DNA from: Macrostomum lignano
Lineage: Eukaryota
Assembly: GCA_002269645.1 (NCBI GenBank)
Contig: NIVC01004274.1
Span: forward strand, 1-52,106
DNA: 52,106 bases
Direction of reading: 5' to 3'
Within the stretch, counting starts at the first letter, position 1; each line of letters starts with the position of its first letter. Positions 1-14,000 of the stretch are shown one piece after another. The notes under the pieces are model-generated. The model saw only the letters and a program-made list of their open reading frames with translations. It was not told the DNA's origin and searched no databases. A program made the translations under genes and the position numbers.

Positions 1-44
1 ATAGATAGAATAGATTAGATAGATAGGTAGATAGATAGATAGAT

Positions 45-90
<46 letters not shown>

Positions 91-214
91 ATAGATAGAT
101 AGAGAGAGAGATAGGTAGATAGGATAGATAGATAGATAGAAGATAGATAGATAGATAGATAGATAGAAGATAGATAGATATGATAGGATAGATAGATAGA
201 TAGATAGATAGATA

Positions 215-245
<31 letters not shown>

Positions 246-420
246 AGATAGATAGATAGAATAGATAGATAGAAGATAAGATAGATAGATAGATAGATAG
301 ATAAGATAGAATAGATAGATTAGATAGATAGATAGATATAGATAGATAGATTAGATGGGTAGATAGATATGATAGATAGATAGATAAATTAGATAGATAG
401 ATAGATCTGATAGATCGATC
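1..420. repeat. Degenerate (GATA)n microsatellite
   Basis: Direct reading: continuous tagatagata with occasional variants. Confidence 0.97.
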
Positions 421-1173
421 AATCAAGCATCCAGATGGTTAAGCTAATTGTATGCACACAGCTACTAAAGTACGAAAGTGCAGCAAACAAAACTTCATCA
501 CATATAGGCATTGAAGTGCATCACGGCATGCAACTACAAGTGGGAAACAGGCTGTGTCTGCTGCAGCTGTGGGCAGGCACAGGCGGGCACTATTTCGGTC
601 ATTCAGTAAAACAAATACTCTGCATGCGAGTGAATTCGCCCCGCCATTCCCAGAGAGAGAGGGCGAGAGCGGAGAATCGTAACGCGTTTAGGTCCCGATA
701 AGGACGATCGAGCGAGAAGAAGGAAGCAGCGCTCGTTGTTTGGCCGGAGTGAAGGCGACCGACCGAATATTACATTAGGGACTTGGGGAAAGGAGGCAAC
801 TGGGAATGGAATGCCAGGGAAGGAGCCTCATGTGACCTGCAGTTTCTTCGACGACCTTTCGTCCAGCCAATCGCATCGAGGCCGGGGTTTCCACTCGCTT
901 CCGCTCCCAGTATCTGGCCTTGATAAAGTCCACCAGCAACCAGCTGTTGATTGGGTACTAGCTGCGTTCTACTCAGCGGTCAGTGATGTCGCAGACTCCA
1001 TCGACACCGCCTTCAAGAAGCTGGCCAGAATGCTGGCGGCGAGAGCGCCATCATGTTGTCGTCCGAAACTCCGGCAGACCAGTCTTCGACTTACCTACGA
1101 GCTGAAGGTGAAATAATTGGGCCAGCTGGAACTGCCGGCTCGGAGTCTGAGCTGCAGCAGCAGCAGTCAGTTG

Positions 1174-1365
1174 ATGAAGCAACCGCCAGCTCAGAGGGCA
1201 AGCCGGGGACGGAGAAGCAGGCGGACAGGCAGGATTCCTCCGATTCGAATCCCGAAGGCGCCGAAGGTTGCTGGACGTCGGGTGACGCTGGAGAGGAACA
1301 AAGACTACAAGGAGCAGATGGACATCGTGACCAGAGATCCGAACTCATTGAACATCCACTGCAAG
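1174..1365 (+). CDS. cav: Candidate upstream alternative first exon (1a) of caveolin; 5' boundary uncertain, may extend to ATG 811 if frameshifts are assembly errors
   Basis: Ends in MDIVTRDPNSLNIHCK, matching the caveolin DxVNRDPxxLN motif and IDLVNRDPDLINQHLK of exon 1b. A GT (gttgaa, weak) follows at 1366 in phase 0, at the same position as the exon 1b donor. Confidence 0.6.
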
Positions 1366-3631
1366 GTTGAAGTTAAAATAATATTATAATATTATTATAA
1401 ATATTATTATAATAATATTATAATATTATAATATTATTAATAATTATAAACTTAGTAAACTCTCTAAGTTTAGTGTCAGTTATTAAGTGTCAGGAGGCGT
1501 CAGTTTTAAGTAACAGAAAGTGTCAGCTCCGTAATATCAGTAGATGTCAGTTTGGGTGTCAGGCGATGTCAGACTGAGTGTCAGGAGATGTCAGCTTGAT
1601 TAAGTATCAAATAGTATCAGTTTCTTAGTTGTCAGGTAAAAGTGTCAGTAACGAAAAAATAAAAATTTCGTCACTAACTTGGTAAGTTTGCAGATATTCA
1701 GAGCCAAGATTATCTGTAATATTGAGCTTGAGTGATGGTGTATTGTTTAATAAAAATGTGCACAAGAATTCCCAGCTCATTAATTATTCATGAAATTGCT
1801 CAACCCGTCCGTGGTCAGCTGACAAGATAGGAAAATATTGCAGATGCTTCTCCGAGAATCTATTTTTAGGTTAGATAAAAATGTACTTCTCTTAGTTCTT
1901 ACTTTTAGGCGAAAGTTTTGCTAATAAATAACAATCAAGGCAATTTGTGACATCATATAGGACAAGTTGCAATCCAATTATTGGCCACGAATTTGCCTTA
2001 GTAACCGCGGGCAGCAATCAGAAGAGGCGGAAGTTGAAATCCAATTTTCTTCTAGACTGAGCCTCTTTTGACTCGCTTCTTCTTCTCTTCTGTTGCGTGT
2101 CTGCTTTTTCAGATATATCTCTCTCTCGTTCCTTTCTGAAGCCTTTCTGCTTGAGAGCTATGTCACTTAGGTTTGTTAGCTAGTTAGTGGCGGCAAAGAA
2201 GATATGTCTAACTTTCTTTCTCTGCTTCCTGAAAAAAGAAAGAAGTAAATGGATTGTCTTCTTTTGGGAACAGACTTTTAATAACTTTTGGCTGAATCCG
2301 TTGCCTGGCTGCACGAAAATCATTGCTGACTGACTACTTGGAGTAGACAAAAACGTTTATTAAACTGCTAAATTCGTTGAATGCTCCAGTCTGCTTTTGT
2401 CTAAGAAGTCCTTAGAGCAGCCACCGGCATCCGGCCCTCGGTCTTTTGTCACTTCACAATGGCAATTCAGCCCGCTCAGGTTTTTGTATGTATCTTGATC
2501 TCAGATTTCTTCTCTCCTCTCTCCACTCCCCTCCCCTCTCTCCTCTCATCTTTACTCTGGCCTGCAGTCACGAGCTGGATTCTCATATATATTAGCATAG
2601 ATAGATAGCAGCAATTAGTGCGCTTGCACTTCTTGCACTTTGCTTGCATTGCGGTAAGAATTTCAATTAAAAAAATTGCTACAACTGCTGCGACTGTGAT
2701 ACAACTAAATTCCTTTCCGTATATGGGCACCTAAATTTGCTAGAACGAAAGATAATAATAATATTGCCCCAGGTTCGGAAGGGTTAGTGTTTTGTAGTAA
2801 CACTTCTGCCAGCCTCTCCATCACCATTGTTACTCAAAAACTATATAACTTAATTCAATAATGGCGAGTGTGCTTGGAACTTGTATATGCTCACTGCAGC
2901 CACTCTATAGCTCCTATCCACTGTCTGTGTTCTCGCACTCAGCAGTCTGCCATCCATTTGCAGAGCTTTTAAGATAGAAAAAAAGAAGGAAGGCAAAACT
3001 GAGTGTGCGCTGAGACAAGGAGGCCCAGAGTCTGCAACCTGGATTTGTAGTTTGATAGCCATGTTTTATTAAATTTATCATAACTTCGATTTGATTAAAC
3101 CAAATTTTGTAAACTTAGCCTCATTTTAAAGCTTAATAAATTATTCGTGTTTGAGTAAAAGTTCACTGTTTAATGACCAAGTGACTACGAGCTATTACTG
3201 GCAGAAGTTGTTATCAAAATACCTAAGTCGATACACTGTCGAACTAGACGTTGAAAACCTATTCAATTTTTTAACCTTGATCAATTTTTAGTTTTAAACA
3301 ACTGAGACTCGATTTTTAGTATCTAATATATATATAGTTTTCATTTTTAGTATATTTGATTAAAAAAACTTATCTATACAGCTGTCGGGCAGTGAGGTGA
3401 AGAGTTTTCAGTCCAGATTCTGGCACTAGGACTCCTTGTCTCAGGTCTTGAACTCGACTATACGCATCTTCTAATAAACGCACACAGCTAATCTCTCTTC
3501 TCGTCAAACAGCTCGTAATTTTTAGCTAACCCAACCCTCAACAGTTTAAAAAGACCTAGAGGTCAAACAGTGGTTGGCTCATTAGGTAGTCTTGTTGTCA
3601 ACAAAACAAAACAGAAGCCGCAGCTCACGAA

Positions 3632-5243
3632 ATGCAAGAAGACGAGTTTGAGGATGTCACAGACAGCCCTCGGGCTGGAGCTAGAGAGCCTGAGGTTTCC
3701 CAATCGCAAGTTGAAGTGAAACCTAAGAAGGCAGCAAATCAGGAAGCTGTAGTGATAGACCTGGTCAATAGGGACCCTGATTTAATCAATCAGCACTTGA
3801 AGGTGACATTTTAAACCTTCTTTCACAACTTTGACTATTTGATTTTATAAATTGTTTCTTTCAATTTTGTTGAAAAAAATTTTACTCCTCCCAGGTGCAA
3901 TTCGAAGACATCATTGCTGAACCGGATCCCACTGTCTTCAGCTTTGACAATGTGTGGACCTGCAGCTTCAAGGTGAGTTCTTTAATTCTTTAATTTTTTT
4001 ATTAATAAAACTGATGTTAGCAAGGTTAGCACCCTTCAACAAAAAGTTCTCAAAATTCTAAATTCCCCTAGATGAATTTCCACAGATTCTAAATTCCCCT
4101 AGATGAATTTCCGCAGATTCTAAATTGCCCTAGATGAATTGCTGCAGACTCTAAATTTCCCATAGATGAATTTCTGCAGATTATAAATTCCCCTAGATGA
4201 ATTGCTGCAGATTCTAAATTCCCCTTGATGTATTTCCGCAGATTCTAAATTCCCCTAGATAAATTGCTGCAGATTCTAAATTCCCCTAGATGAATTTCCA
4301 CATATTCTAAATTCCCCTAGATGAATTTCCGCAGATTCTAAATTGCCCTAGATAAATTACGCAGATTCTAAATTCCCCTAGATGAATTTCCACAGATTCT
4401 AAATTCCCCTAGATGAATTTCCGCAGATTCTAAATTCCCCCTAGATGAATTTCCGCAGATTCTAAATTCCCCTGGATTAATTTCTGCATATTCTAAATTC
4501 CCCTAGATGAATTTCTGCAGACTCTAAATTTCCCATAGATGAATTTCTGCAGATTATAAATTCCCCTAGATGAATTGCTGCAGATTCTAAATTCCCCTTG
4601 ATGAATTTCCGCAGATTCTAAATTCCCCTAGATAAATTGCTGCAGATTCTAAATTCCCCTAGATGAATTTCCACAGATTCTAAATTCCCCTAGATGAATT
4701 TCTGCAGATTCTAAATTCCCCTAGATGAATTGCTGCAGATTCTAAATTCCCCTTGATGAATTTCCGCAGATTCTAAATTCCCTTCGATAAATTGCTGCAG
4801 ATTCTAAATTCCCCTACATGAATTTCCACAGATTCTAAATTCCCCTTGTTGAATTTATGCAGATTCTAAATTCCCCAGATGAAATTCTGCAGACTCTAAA
4901 TTCCTCTCTAGAGGAGCTTCCGCAGATTATAAATTCCGTTCAAAGATTATTGACAATCCAATCCAACAATGAACCGCAGGTGTTCACCTCGACGAAGCTG
5001 TGGTGCTACAGAATCATCTCGCTGATCTGCGCCATCCCAGCTGCCATCTGCTGGGGCATCGAGTTCGCCATGCTGTCATTCTGCACCATCTGGTGCTGGC
5101 AGCCGAGCCTGAAGGCCTTCGACATCTCGCTGTGGTACACCCGCCGAATCTACGAGATCCTGCTTAAGGTGTTTGTCGAGCCGTGCTTCCACGCCTTTGG
5201 AAAATGTCTCAGCCACATTGTGGTCACGGTTCGACGGGAGTAA
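3632..5243 (+). CDS. cav: Caveolin, 170 aa; exons 3632-3802, 3895-3972, 4980-5243
   Basis: Splice sites AAG|gtgaca, ccag|GTG, AAG|gtgagt and ccgcag|GTG are all phase 0. Protein has DLVNRDP, the caveolin signature FEDIIAEP, scaffolding domain SFDNVWTCSFKVFTSTKLWCYR and the hydrophobic hairpin IISLICAIPAAICWGIEFAMLSFCTIW. AATAAA at 5400. Confidence 0.96.
4057..4935. repeat. 31-bp minisatellite (CAGATTCTAAATTCCCCTAGATGAATTTCCG), ~28 copies, caveolin intron 2
   Basis: Head-to-tail units without spacers; each unit has an AAATTC/GAATTT inverted pair. Confidence 0.95.
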
Positions 5244-8070
5244 TGCTGATTACGAATATGGTTAGTTTGTTTAACTGATTTTTAAATTGTGGCTAAATTC
5301 AATTTTGTGGGTTTTTTAAACTAGACAATTTTTATTCATATATTTATAAGTCCATAAAATATTGCTTTATGATTAGTGTCTAAATTTACAAATCAAGCGA
5401 ATAAAATAATTACGCAGACTGTACTGCCGTTCTCATACTTAATGCCTGAGCTTTTAAATGCCATCATTTTGTTCAATTTGATTGTACTCCGTCATTTTGC
5501 TTAGGAATGTTCATGATATAATAACTTCAATCCAAAGTTAATTTCTAAGAAAATTGACTAAAATTAGACTGAAGGAATAATTAAAACAAAAATTATCGTG
5601 GATTATATTTCTACTCTCGGGTTGTGTTTGTATAAGACGCTTTTTTTCAAATCAGGTACGCTTTGCTTTACTATGTATGATATTTGAAGCTTATAAGTAA
5701 CTTACAGAATTTTTGTAATTACAGTATTGTCTTACATGCTTATAATCCTTCCTTAATGCGGCTTCTTATTATTATGTATTTAACATGTTTTTCGACAACT
5801 CAATTGCAGCGTTAAACCAAGATTTTAAGTAGTAGAAATCATTTTTTTGTTTTTTATACAAAAACTTTTAATACGAAAGCTACAAAAGCTAGCTAAATAT
5901 TTCAAATCTGGGTTTAAATTGGAAGGTTTTGTGCAAATTCATGTATCAGGGCTCTCAATTGTATTTTACTTAACATATTACAAAAATTCAGGAACTCAAA
6001 ACCTTATAGAAATGTGTATTTTCAATTAGGTTAAACAACGTAAACTAATAATTACATCTTGCCGTTCTGCATAGAAAAATTGCGCGTAAATGACAGGATT
6101 ATTGTTACCGCATGCATGATAAGTTACAGCTTTATTTTTGTAGCTCACGTACTTTTCATTTTTAATTTCTCCCTACCAATGTCTAAATTACCATGACCAT
6201 CGATTCTTTTCATTTTTAAGCTGTCCCAAAATGATTAATCCCAAAGAATACATTGAGGGGGCACTTCGATACTCCCAAGTTTAATGCGCATATTTTACTT
6301 ATTTATTCGTCGGACTCTGTAACAGCTTAATTCGATTAAAACTTACACATTAACTTGTCTCTGTATACCGTATGCCTCAATTTTTATCGTTGTTTTTGCA
6401 GTTTAAGCCAACTAAAGTGTTTCGAAAAGCGAAATTTGTTTTAAAAACTTGAAATCTAAACGCACTCGCTTTATACATGTATTCTATTTACTGTATGTAA
6501 TCATACTCTACATCAATCATAGTACGAAATATATGTATTATTACAAAATAAACCGTCAAACTTGGCAGTCAACTATATACCCCACAAGTTTATTGTCATC
6601 CAATTTTAGTTCAAATTAAACCGAAAATTCTTCATTTCCTTTGTTATAGTAACATATGGATCGATCGATAAGATTTTGACGACGTGGAATTGCTCTACGC
6701 GCTCCAGTAGAAAAATAAACGATTGTACTAAGCTACATGTATAATGACATCAATTTGCATGTTTTTTAAAGACCGTGAAAACAGCGCAACCACAACGCCT
6801 ACAACTTTTTTTATTCATTGCAGCTAGCAAAAACTAAAAAACCTGCTGGCTGTCTCGTTTCTGTTGGTTGTTTTCTGCGGGGTTAGAAGTTATATATCAA
6901 AACCAGCAGAGTATTGCAGTCACCTTACCATCCAGATAAGGGACTATATATACACTTTCTTATTTCTCCAGTTTATTTCGAACGTGAAATTTTGAGTGTG
7001 TTAATTTTGAAGCATGCTGACACTTTGGTTTTTCAATTATTGGAGATTGTGGCGCAGTGAAATTGTGGGATTGCACAAAAGCTATACGAAAACCAACACA
7101 AAAAGCAACCTAGTTAGCTAAAACGTATGTTTACAATGTAAAACAAAGTATTTTTCCTATTTAATCGAGAAAGCGAGCAGAAAGGTATAAATTGCGTATA
7201 TAAAAAAAAATTAAATAATGATCAAAATTGTTTTCTAATTGTTTTCAGAGTGATGTAAAGCGTCATCGACTGTATAGTTTAACTTAGGTAATTGTGAAGA
7301 TTTTCTATTGATGTTCGTTGCATCGTCCGTCCGTCTCCTGAAGCTACGGACCTGTCTAAAAACTGATCTGTGTAAAACTCACTGTAGGCACTTGCAGAAA
7401 GAACTGAAGATATAGTCTGAAACAATTAGATTGATAATTTAATTTTCATAAACATATTTCTTAGAAACATATAGGGTATAGTATATAGACTAGACTGTTT
7501 TCTGCTGTTTGTTAAAGCTTTAAACACTTATGAGTTGAGAAGTATAGTACGATTTTTCTACTCTGTCAGAATATTTTTTATTACTTGATTATTTAATTAG
7601 TTTGATAGTTAAGTTTGAAATTAACTATTGAGCATAAATTAAGCATCAAATCCTTGATGCCTTGAAGTTTGTTATACGCCCATATATTTTGAAAATGTCA
7701 AATAGTTTAGAGTTATTTTTGGTGTTAAAAACTAAAACTCTTTTTGCTGCAATTACTTGAATTATAATAGATAGAGAAAATTCGAGTTGGGAGTAGAAAA
7801 ACAATTTAATTAATTTTATAATGTTATAAAAATAGAATATCTTTCACTTCAAATATATTTTCTTTTTCACTGTTTTTAAGCAGTTTTGCAATGAGAAAAT
7901 GTTAACAATACTTTTATAAATGTTACCCTCTAGACAACCTTGTTTGTTATAATTATTAGACTAACATAAAATGATCTTCATTTTTCTAATCATTTCATGA
8001 TGCATTGCATGCAAACTGCAACTGCAACCTGTCGGCTTTAAAAAACGGTTCTTATTAGTTTTTATCAACA

Positions 8071-11000
8071 ATGCATAACTGGCCATTTTCTTCTCGCGAA
8101 AACGAACAGTACACTGAATCCTATCCTGTTCAACTGTTGTAAGTAACCCAGAACAGTTCTCAAATTTTGAGTACAATATTATGTACCAGCTTGATTAGGT
8201 CTTTCCTTTAATAAATAAAATATTAATTACCTCAGCCTGAACCATCGTGGCTTCGAGCGAGCCTCAGAAACAGTCTGGTTCGGCAATTCACCAAGCGACG
8301 TTCCAAATCTGGCATTGGGAAACTCTGACCCAACCATCTTCTCAGCGTACACTGGACCAGACAATGGCTTAGTCACCGGATGCGTTGCCGACACTGAGAA
8401 TGGCAGAGGCGGCTGCAATTCCAGCAGGAAGACAGGATTTAATAGAGGTAAGCTGCGGAAGTTGAATGGAATTAAGAGACTAAATTTAATTTATAGTTAA
8501 TGAGCGTGCGCTGTTGCACTGACAGCCATACAGAACACACTGACCCCCATACAAAACACATTGACCCCCATACAGAACACACTGACCCCCATACGTACAG
8601 AACACACTGACCCCCATACAGAACACACTGACCCCCATACAGAACACACTGACCCCCATACAGAACACACTGACCCCCCATACAGAACACACTGACCCCC
8701 ATACAGAACACACTGACCCCATACAGAACACACTGACCCCATACAGAACACACTGACCCCCATACAGAACACACTGACCCCCATACAGAACACACTGACC
8801 CCCCATACAGAACACACTGACCCCCCATACAGAGCACACTGACCCCCATACAGAACACACTGACCCCCATACAGAACACACTGACCCCCATACAGAACAC
8901 TCTGACCCCCATACAGAACACTCTGACCCCCTTTCTAGAACACTCTGACCCCCTTTCTAGAACACTCTGACCCCCTTTCTAGAACACACTTATCCAGTAA
9001 AGCCCGCCCGAAAGTCATATAAAATTGAAAGTAAAGTTCCACTAGATTTATTCTATAAAATTTCACGCAACTTGCAGCCAAATGATTTATGACTGTGCTC
9101 AACTAACTGAGCAGCATATATAAATGTATGTGCAGACTTGCGTGAAGAATTAAGAAAGTTAAAAGTTATACATTTCGTCACACACATACACACACAGGCC
9201 GTACACGTGATCTTCTCTCCTCTCCTTAATCCTTTCCTTGACTCGGTCTAACCAACCTCAATGCTCAATAGCTTCCACTATTTCTTGAGAAGTCGATCGG
9301 GTCTGTGTCTTAATCTCTTTCCCACAACTGCGCAGCCATTGCCATTCCAATTGGACAAAGTCAGCAATGTTTGAGCACCGCGAGAAAGACAAAAAATTGA
9401 AATATGAATTGGCGAATATTTTAATGTAGTTTCTACGTGCTTGTAAATAGTAATATTTTCTGTTTTTCTCACTTTCAGGTTAACAATTAATTAATATTTC
9501 TTAAGCTCATTGTCCGCTGGAGTTGCTTGACGCTTTCTGTTAATCTTTGATTCATTAGATTTTCTTTGAGTCAGTCCCTTCTGTCTCCTCGTCTCCTCTC
9601 TGTCTCGGACTTGTCACCCTCTCTGTCTCCTTGTCTCCCTCTCTGTCTCCTTGTCTCCCTCTCTGTCTCCTTGTCTCCCTCTCTGTCTCCTTGTCTCCCT
9701 CTCTGTCTTCTTGTCTCCCTCTCTGTCTCCTTGTCTCCCTCTCTGTCTTCTTGTCTCCCTCTCTGTCTCCTTGTCTCCCTCTCTGTCTCCTTGTCTCCCT
9801 CTCTGTCTCCTTGTCTCCCTCTCTGTCTTCTTGTCTCCCTCTCTGTCTCCTTGTCTCCCTCTCTGTCTCCTTGTCTCCCTCTCTGTCTCCTTGTCTCCCT
9901 CTCTGTCTCCTTGTCTCCCTCTCTGTCTCCTTGTCTCCCTCTCTGTCTCCTTGTCTCCCTCTCTGTCTCCTTGTCTCCCTCTCTGTCTCCTCGTCTCCCT
10001 TCTGTCTCCTCGTCTCCCTTCTGTCTCCTCGTCTCCCTTCTGTCTCCTCGTCTCCCTCTCTGTCTCCTTGTCTCCCTCTCTGTCTCCTTGTCTCCCTCTC
10101 TGTCTCCTTGTCTCCCTCTCTGTCTCCTTGTCTCCCTCTCTGTCTCCTCGTCTCCCTCTCTGTCTCCTTGTCTCCCTCTCTGTCTCCTCGTCTCCCTCTC
10201 TGTCTCCTTGTCTCCCTCTCTGTCTCCTTGTCTCCCTCTCTGTCTCCTCGTCTCCCTCTCTGTCTCCTTGTCTCCCTCTCTGTCTCCTTGTCTCCCTTCT
10301 GTCTCCTTGTCTCCCTCTCTGTCTCCTTGTCTCCCTCTCTGTCTCCTCGTCTCCCTTCTGTCTCCTCGTCTCCCTCTCTGTCTCCTTGTCTCCCTCTCTG
10401 TCTCCTTGTCTCCCTTCTGTCTCCTTGTCTCCCTCTCTGTCTCCTTGTCTCCCTTCTGTCTCCTCGTCTCCCTCTCTGTCTCCTCGTCTCCCTCTCTGTC
10501 TCCTTGTCTCCCTCTCTGTCTCCTTGTCTCCCTCTCTGTCTCCTCGTCTCCCTCTCTGTCTCCTTGTCTCCCTCTCTGTCTCCTTGTCTCCCTTCTGTCT
10601 CCTTGTCTCCCTCTCTGTCTCCTTGTCTCCCTCTCTGTCTCCTTGTCTCCCTTCTGTCTCCTCGTCTCCCTCTCTGTCTCCTTGTCTCCCTCTCTGTCTC
10701 CTTGTCTCCCTCTCTGTCTCCTTGTCTCCCTCTCTGTCTCCTTGTCTCCCTCTCTGTCTCCTTGTCTCCCTCTCTGTCTCCTTGTCTCCCTCTCAGTCTC
10801 GGACTTGTCTCCCTCTCTGTCTCCTTGTCTCCCTCTCTGTCTCCTTGTCTCCCTCTGACAACTAGATTGCAAGCTTGTAGTCTTGTCGATGCCAAGCTGC
10901 ACAAGCTGAAGGCTTTTAATTAGAAGAATGCAAATAACACAAGCCATCAGTGTGCAGGTTGTTAACCAGGTCAGAACGGCTTTGAACGCGAGTCAGCAAA

Positions 11001-14000
11001 GCGATTCGCATAGAAGAAAAGATTACATAGGAATGGGACGAAATTATGCACAGAAACCTCTGTGAGACTCTATCCGAGATTATGGGATCTATACACAGGC
11101 GGCTTCATCTGAAACCCGAGGCTGAGAGGCTGGGGCGCAAGAGGAAGGAAATGCAGAGGCGAGGGTGTTGAGCGCGCAAGCTGCAGGGCTCATGAAAGGG
11201 ATTTTTCGAGGGGGAGCGCGCCTTTACGCGAATATAAGTCCCGAAAAGTGCATCGCCAAACATCGCTGTAATATTTGAGTCATGCTCGGGCTCTGCATCA
11301 ACTCAAGTCGCTGAAGCATGTTTTCTTCGATTGGGGAGACTGGAACGTGTTGAATCCGTTGTTAAATGTTGACCTATAAATAGCCTACTTTGATTGATGT
11401 ACTTTATAATGCTGAACTGGGACAATGGGAATAAGCTGACAAATTCATTTTAATTATACTTTCATTGAAACTATTGTGACCTTGAACTTTGAATTGGCGC
11501 CTCTTTTAAATGTTTTTTGAATTGGCGCCTCTTTTAGATTTTTTTAAATTGGCGCCTCTTCTAGATCTTTTAAAGTGCCACCTTTTTGATTTTTTGAATT
11601 GGCGCTGCTGTAGTTCATTTTTAATTAGAGTTTTAGTTGGTCGCGGGTTCGAGTCGCGGATGACAAAAATTATAATCAGACTCACTGTTAATTAAAACAA
11701 ACTTTTCTTCCCGGGCTATTCTTTCGCTGATTTCGTTAGCGTGACTTCAACTAAAATGGATTCTGAGTTGGGGGAGAAACAGGAAAGGAGGCAGGTGTCT
11801 CTAATTACTCTGTCTGACTCCACAGTCCACACCTGTTGCTGTACCAACACCGACCCACCCCACACATCCCTCTGTAGGGTTTTAATCCGTCCACACCTGC
11901 AAATACTGGCTGTGAAGTTCTCGAACTCAAGTTCTCAGGGGGGATGGGCGGGTAACGATCGTGCTTTCCTATGGGTCTGAACTGTAGGTCGCCTTATATG
12001 CTGCCTGCTCTCGCTTTTTATCTACGTATTCACTTCACCTCTCCTCTCTTTACCTGTCTATCGCTGTAATTCTTGTGTCTACTGTATATCCTCTCCCTCT
12101 CTCCCTCTCTGCCTCTCTCCCTCTCTCCCTCTCTGCCTCTCTCCCTCTCTCCCTCTCTCCCTCTCTCCCTCTCTCCCTCTCTCCCTGTCTCTCTCTCTCC
12201 CTCTCTCCCTGTCTCCCTCCCTCCCTATCTCCCTCTCTCCCTCTCTCCCTCTCTCCTTCTCTCCCTCTCTCCCTCTCTGCCTCTCTCCCTCTCTGCCTCT
12301 CTCCCTCTCTGCCTCTCTCCCTCTCTTCCTCTCTCCCTCTCTCCCTCTCTCCCTGTCTCTCTCTCTCCCTCTCTCCCTCTCTCCCTCTCTGCCTCTCTCC
12401 CTCTCTCCCTCTCTGCCTCTCTCCCTCTCTCCCTCTCTCCCTCTCTCCCTGTCTCTCTCTCTCCCTCTCTCCCTCTCTCCCTCTCTCCCTCTCTCCCTGT
12501 CTCTCTCTCTCTCCCTCTCTCCCTGTCTCCCTCCCTCCCTCTCTCCCTCTCTCCCTCTCTCCCTCTCTCCCTCTCTCCCTCTCTCCCTGTCTCTCTCTCT
12601 CCCTCTCTCCCTGTCTCCCTCCCTCCCTATCTCCCTCTCTCCCTCTCTCCCTCTCTCCCTCTCTCCCTCTCTCCCTGTCTCTCTCTCTCCCTCTCTCCCT
12701 GTCTCCCTCCCTCCCTATCTCCCTCTCTCCCTCTCTCCCTCTCTCCCTCTCTCCCTCTCTCCCTCTCTCCCTCTCTCCCTCTCTCCCTCTCTCCCTCTCT
12801 CCCTCTCTCCCTCTCTCCCTCTCTCCCTCTCTCCCTCTCTCCCTCTCTCCCTCTCTCCCTCTCTCCCTCTCCCCCCTCTCTCTATCTTTCTCTTTCTCTC
12901 TCTCGCTCTCTCTCTCCCTGTCTCCCTGTCTCCCTGTCTCCCTGTCTCTCTATCCCTCTCTCCGTAGGCGTAAATCCATCCCTACCTATATCCGTCACTC
13001 CCTCTATCCTTCTCTCTCTTCTCCCTATATCTTCTCTATCCTTCCCTTCCTCCCTTGACTTGAAAATAAAAAATCGACTTCAAAGGCCACCCCTGACGCA
13101 GAATAATTCACCAGCACCCAAAGCATCTCAAAATAACATCTATGAGAAAATATTTTCCTCATATCATCGTCCATCCCACTTCCTTGATGAGCTAGCCACA
13201 GAGCACGGGCTGTTTTCGCGCTGTCTTTTCATCTGCCTCTTAGAGGCCTTAACTTTGACTGACTTTGTTTTTATCTGCTCACACAAGAGACTTCTGATAT
13301 GGCTGCGTTTGATGTTTGTTTTTTAATCAAAAAATCTTACTCTCATTCAGATTCTATCTCGGAATGTCAGCTTTCTCAGTGTATAATCTCACCCCTCATG
13401 TCTCAGAATCTCAGCTTTTTTTCTGTGTCTAATCTCACCCCTCGTGTCTCAGAATCTCAGTTTTTTTCTGTGTCTAATCTCACCCCTCGTGTTTCAGAAT
13501 CTCATCTTTCTCTCAGTGTCTAATCTCGCCCTGTGTCTCAGAATCTCAACTCCCTCTTCGGATCTAATCTCACCCCTCGTGTCTTAGAATCTCAGCTTTT
13601 TTTCTCATCCCCTCTCAGTGTCTAATCTGACTCCCCGTGTCTCAGAATCTCAACTCCCTTTTCGGATCTAATCTCACCCTGTGTCTCAGAATCTCATCTT
13701 TCTCTCAGTGTCTAATCTCACCCTGTGTCTCAGAATCTCAACTCCCTCTTCGGATATAATCTCACCCTGTGTCCCAGAATCTCATCTTTCTCTCACTGTC
13801 TAATCTCACCTCTCTTGTCTCAGAATCTCATCTTTCTCTCTGTGTCTAATTTCACTTCTCTTGTCTTAGAATCCTAAATTTTCTCTTATCTCACTCGCCT
13901 TATCTCCCCTTTCCTTAGTCTAATCTCAATCATTGAATTGCACCTCCCCGTGGTCTAATCTCATCTTCGTATATCGCATCTGTTTAATCCTACTCTCACT

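Noticed and set aside
1114-1116. Stop-codon reassignment or readthrough at TAA
   Set aside because: TAA is used as a normal stop in caveolin, PP2C and the GPCR here; indels or a downstream ATG are simpler explanations.
4057-4935. CRISPR-like 31-bp partially palindromic repeats
   Set aside because: Units are contiguous with no unique spacers, there are no cas genes, and the context is a eukaryotic intron.
8227-8418. Minus-strand ORF ending at a gtaatt donor
   Set aside because: Antisense shadow of PP2C exon 2, whose plus-strand phases fit both neighbouring exons.
9555-10947. 400-458 aa ORFs on both strands ([10 protein letters not shown] / SLSPCLPL repeats)
   Set aside because: Translations of a stop-free 20-bp minisatellite inside a PP2C intron; open in several frames on both strands.
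12073-13326. 417-aa ORF with a non-repetitive C-terminal part
   Set aside because: Mostly CT repeat; the unique tail has no recognisable motif and no phase-compatible splice pair that I could find.
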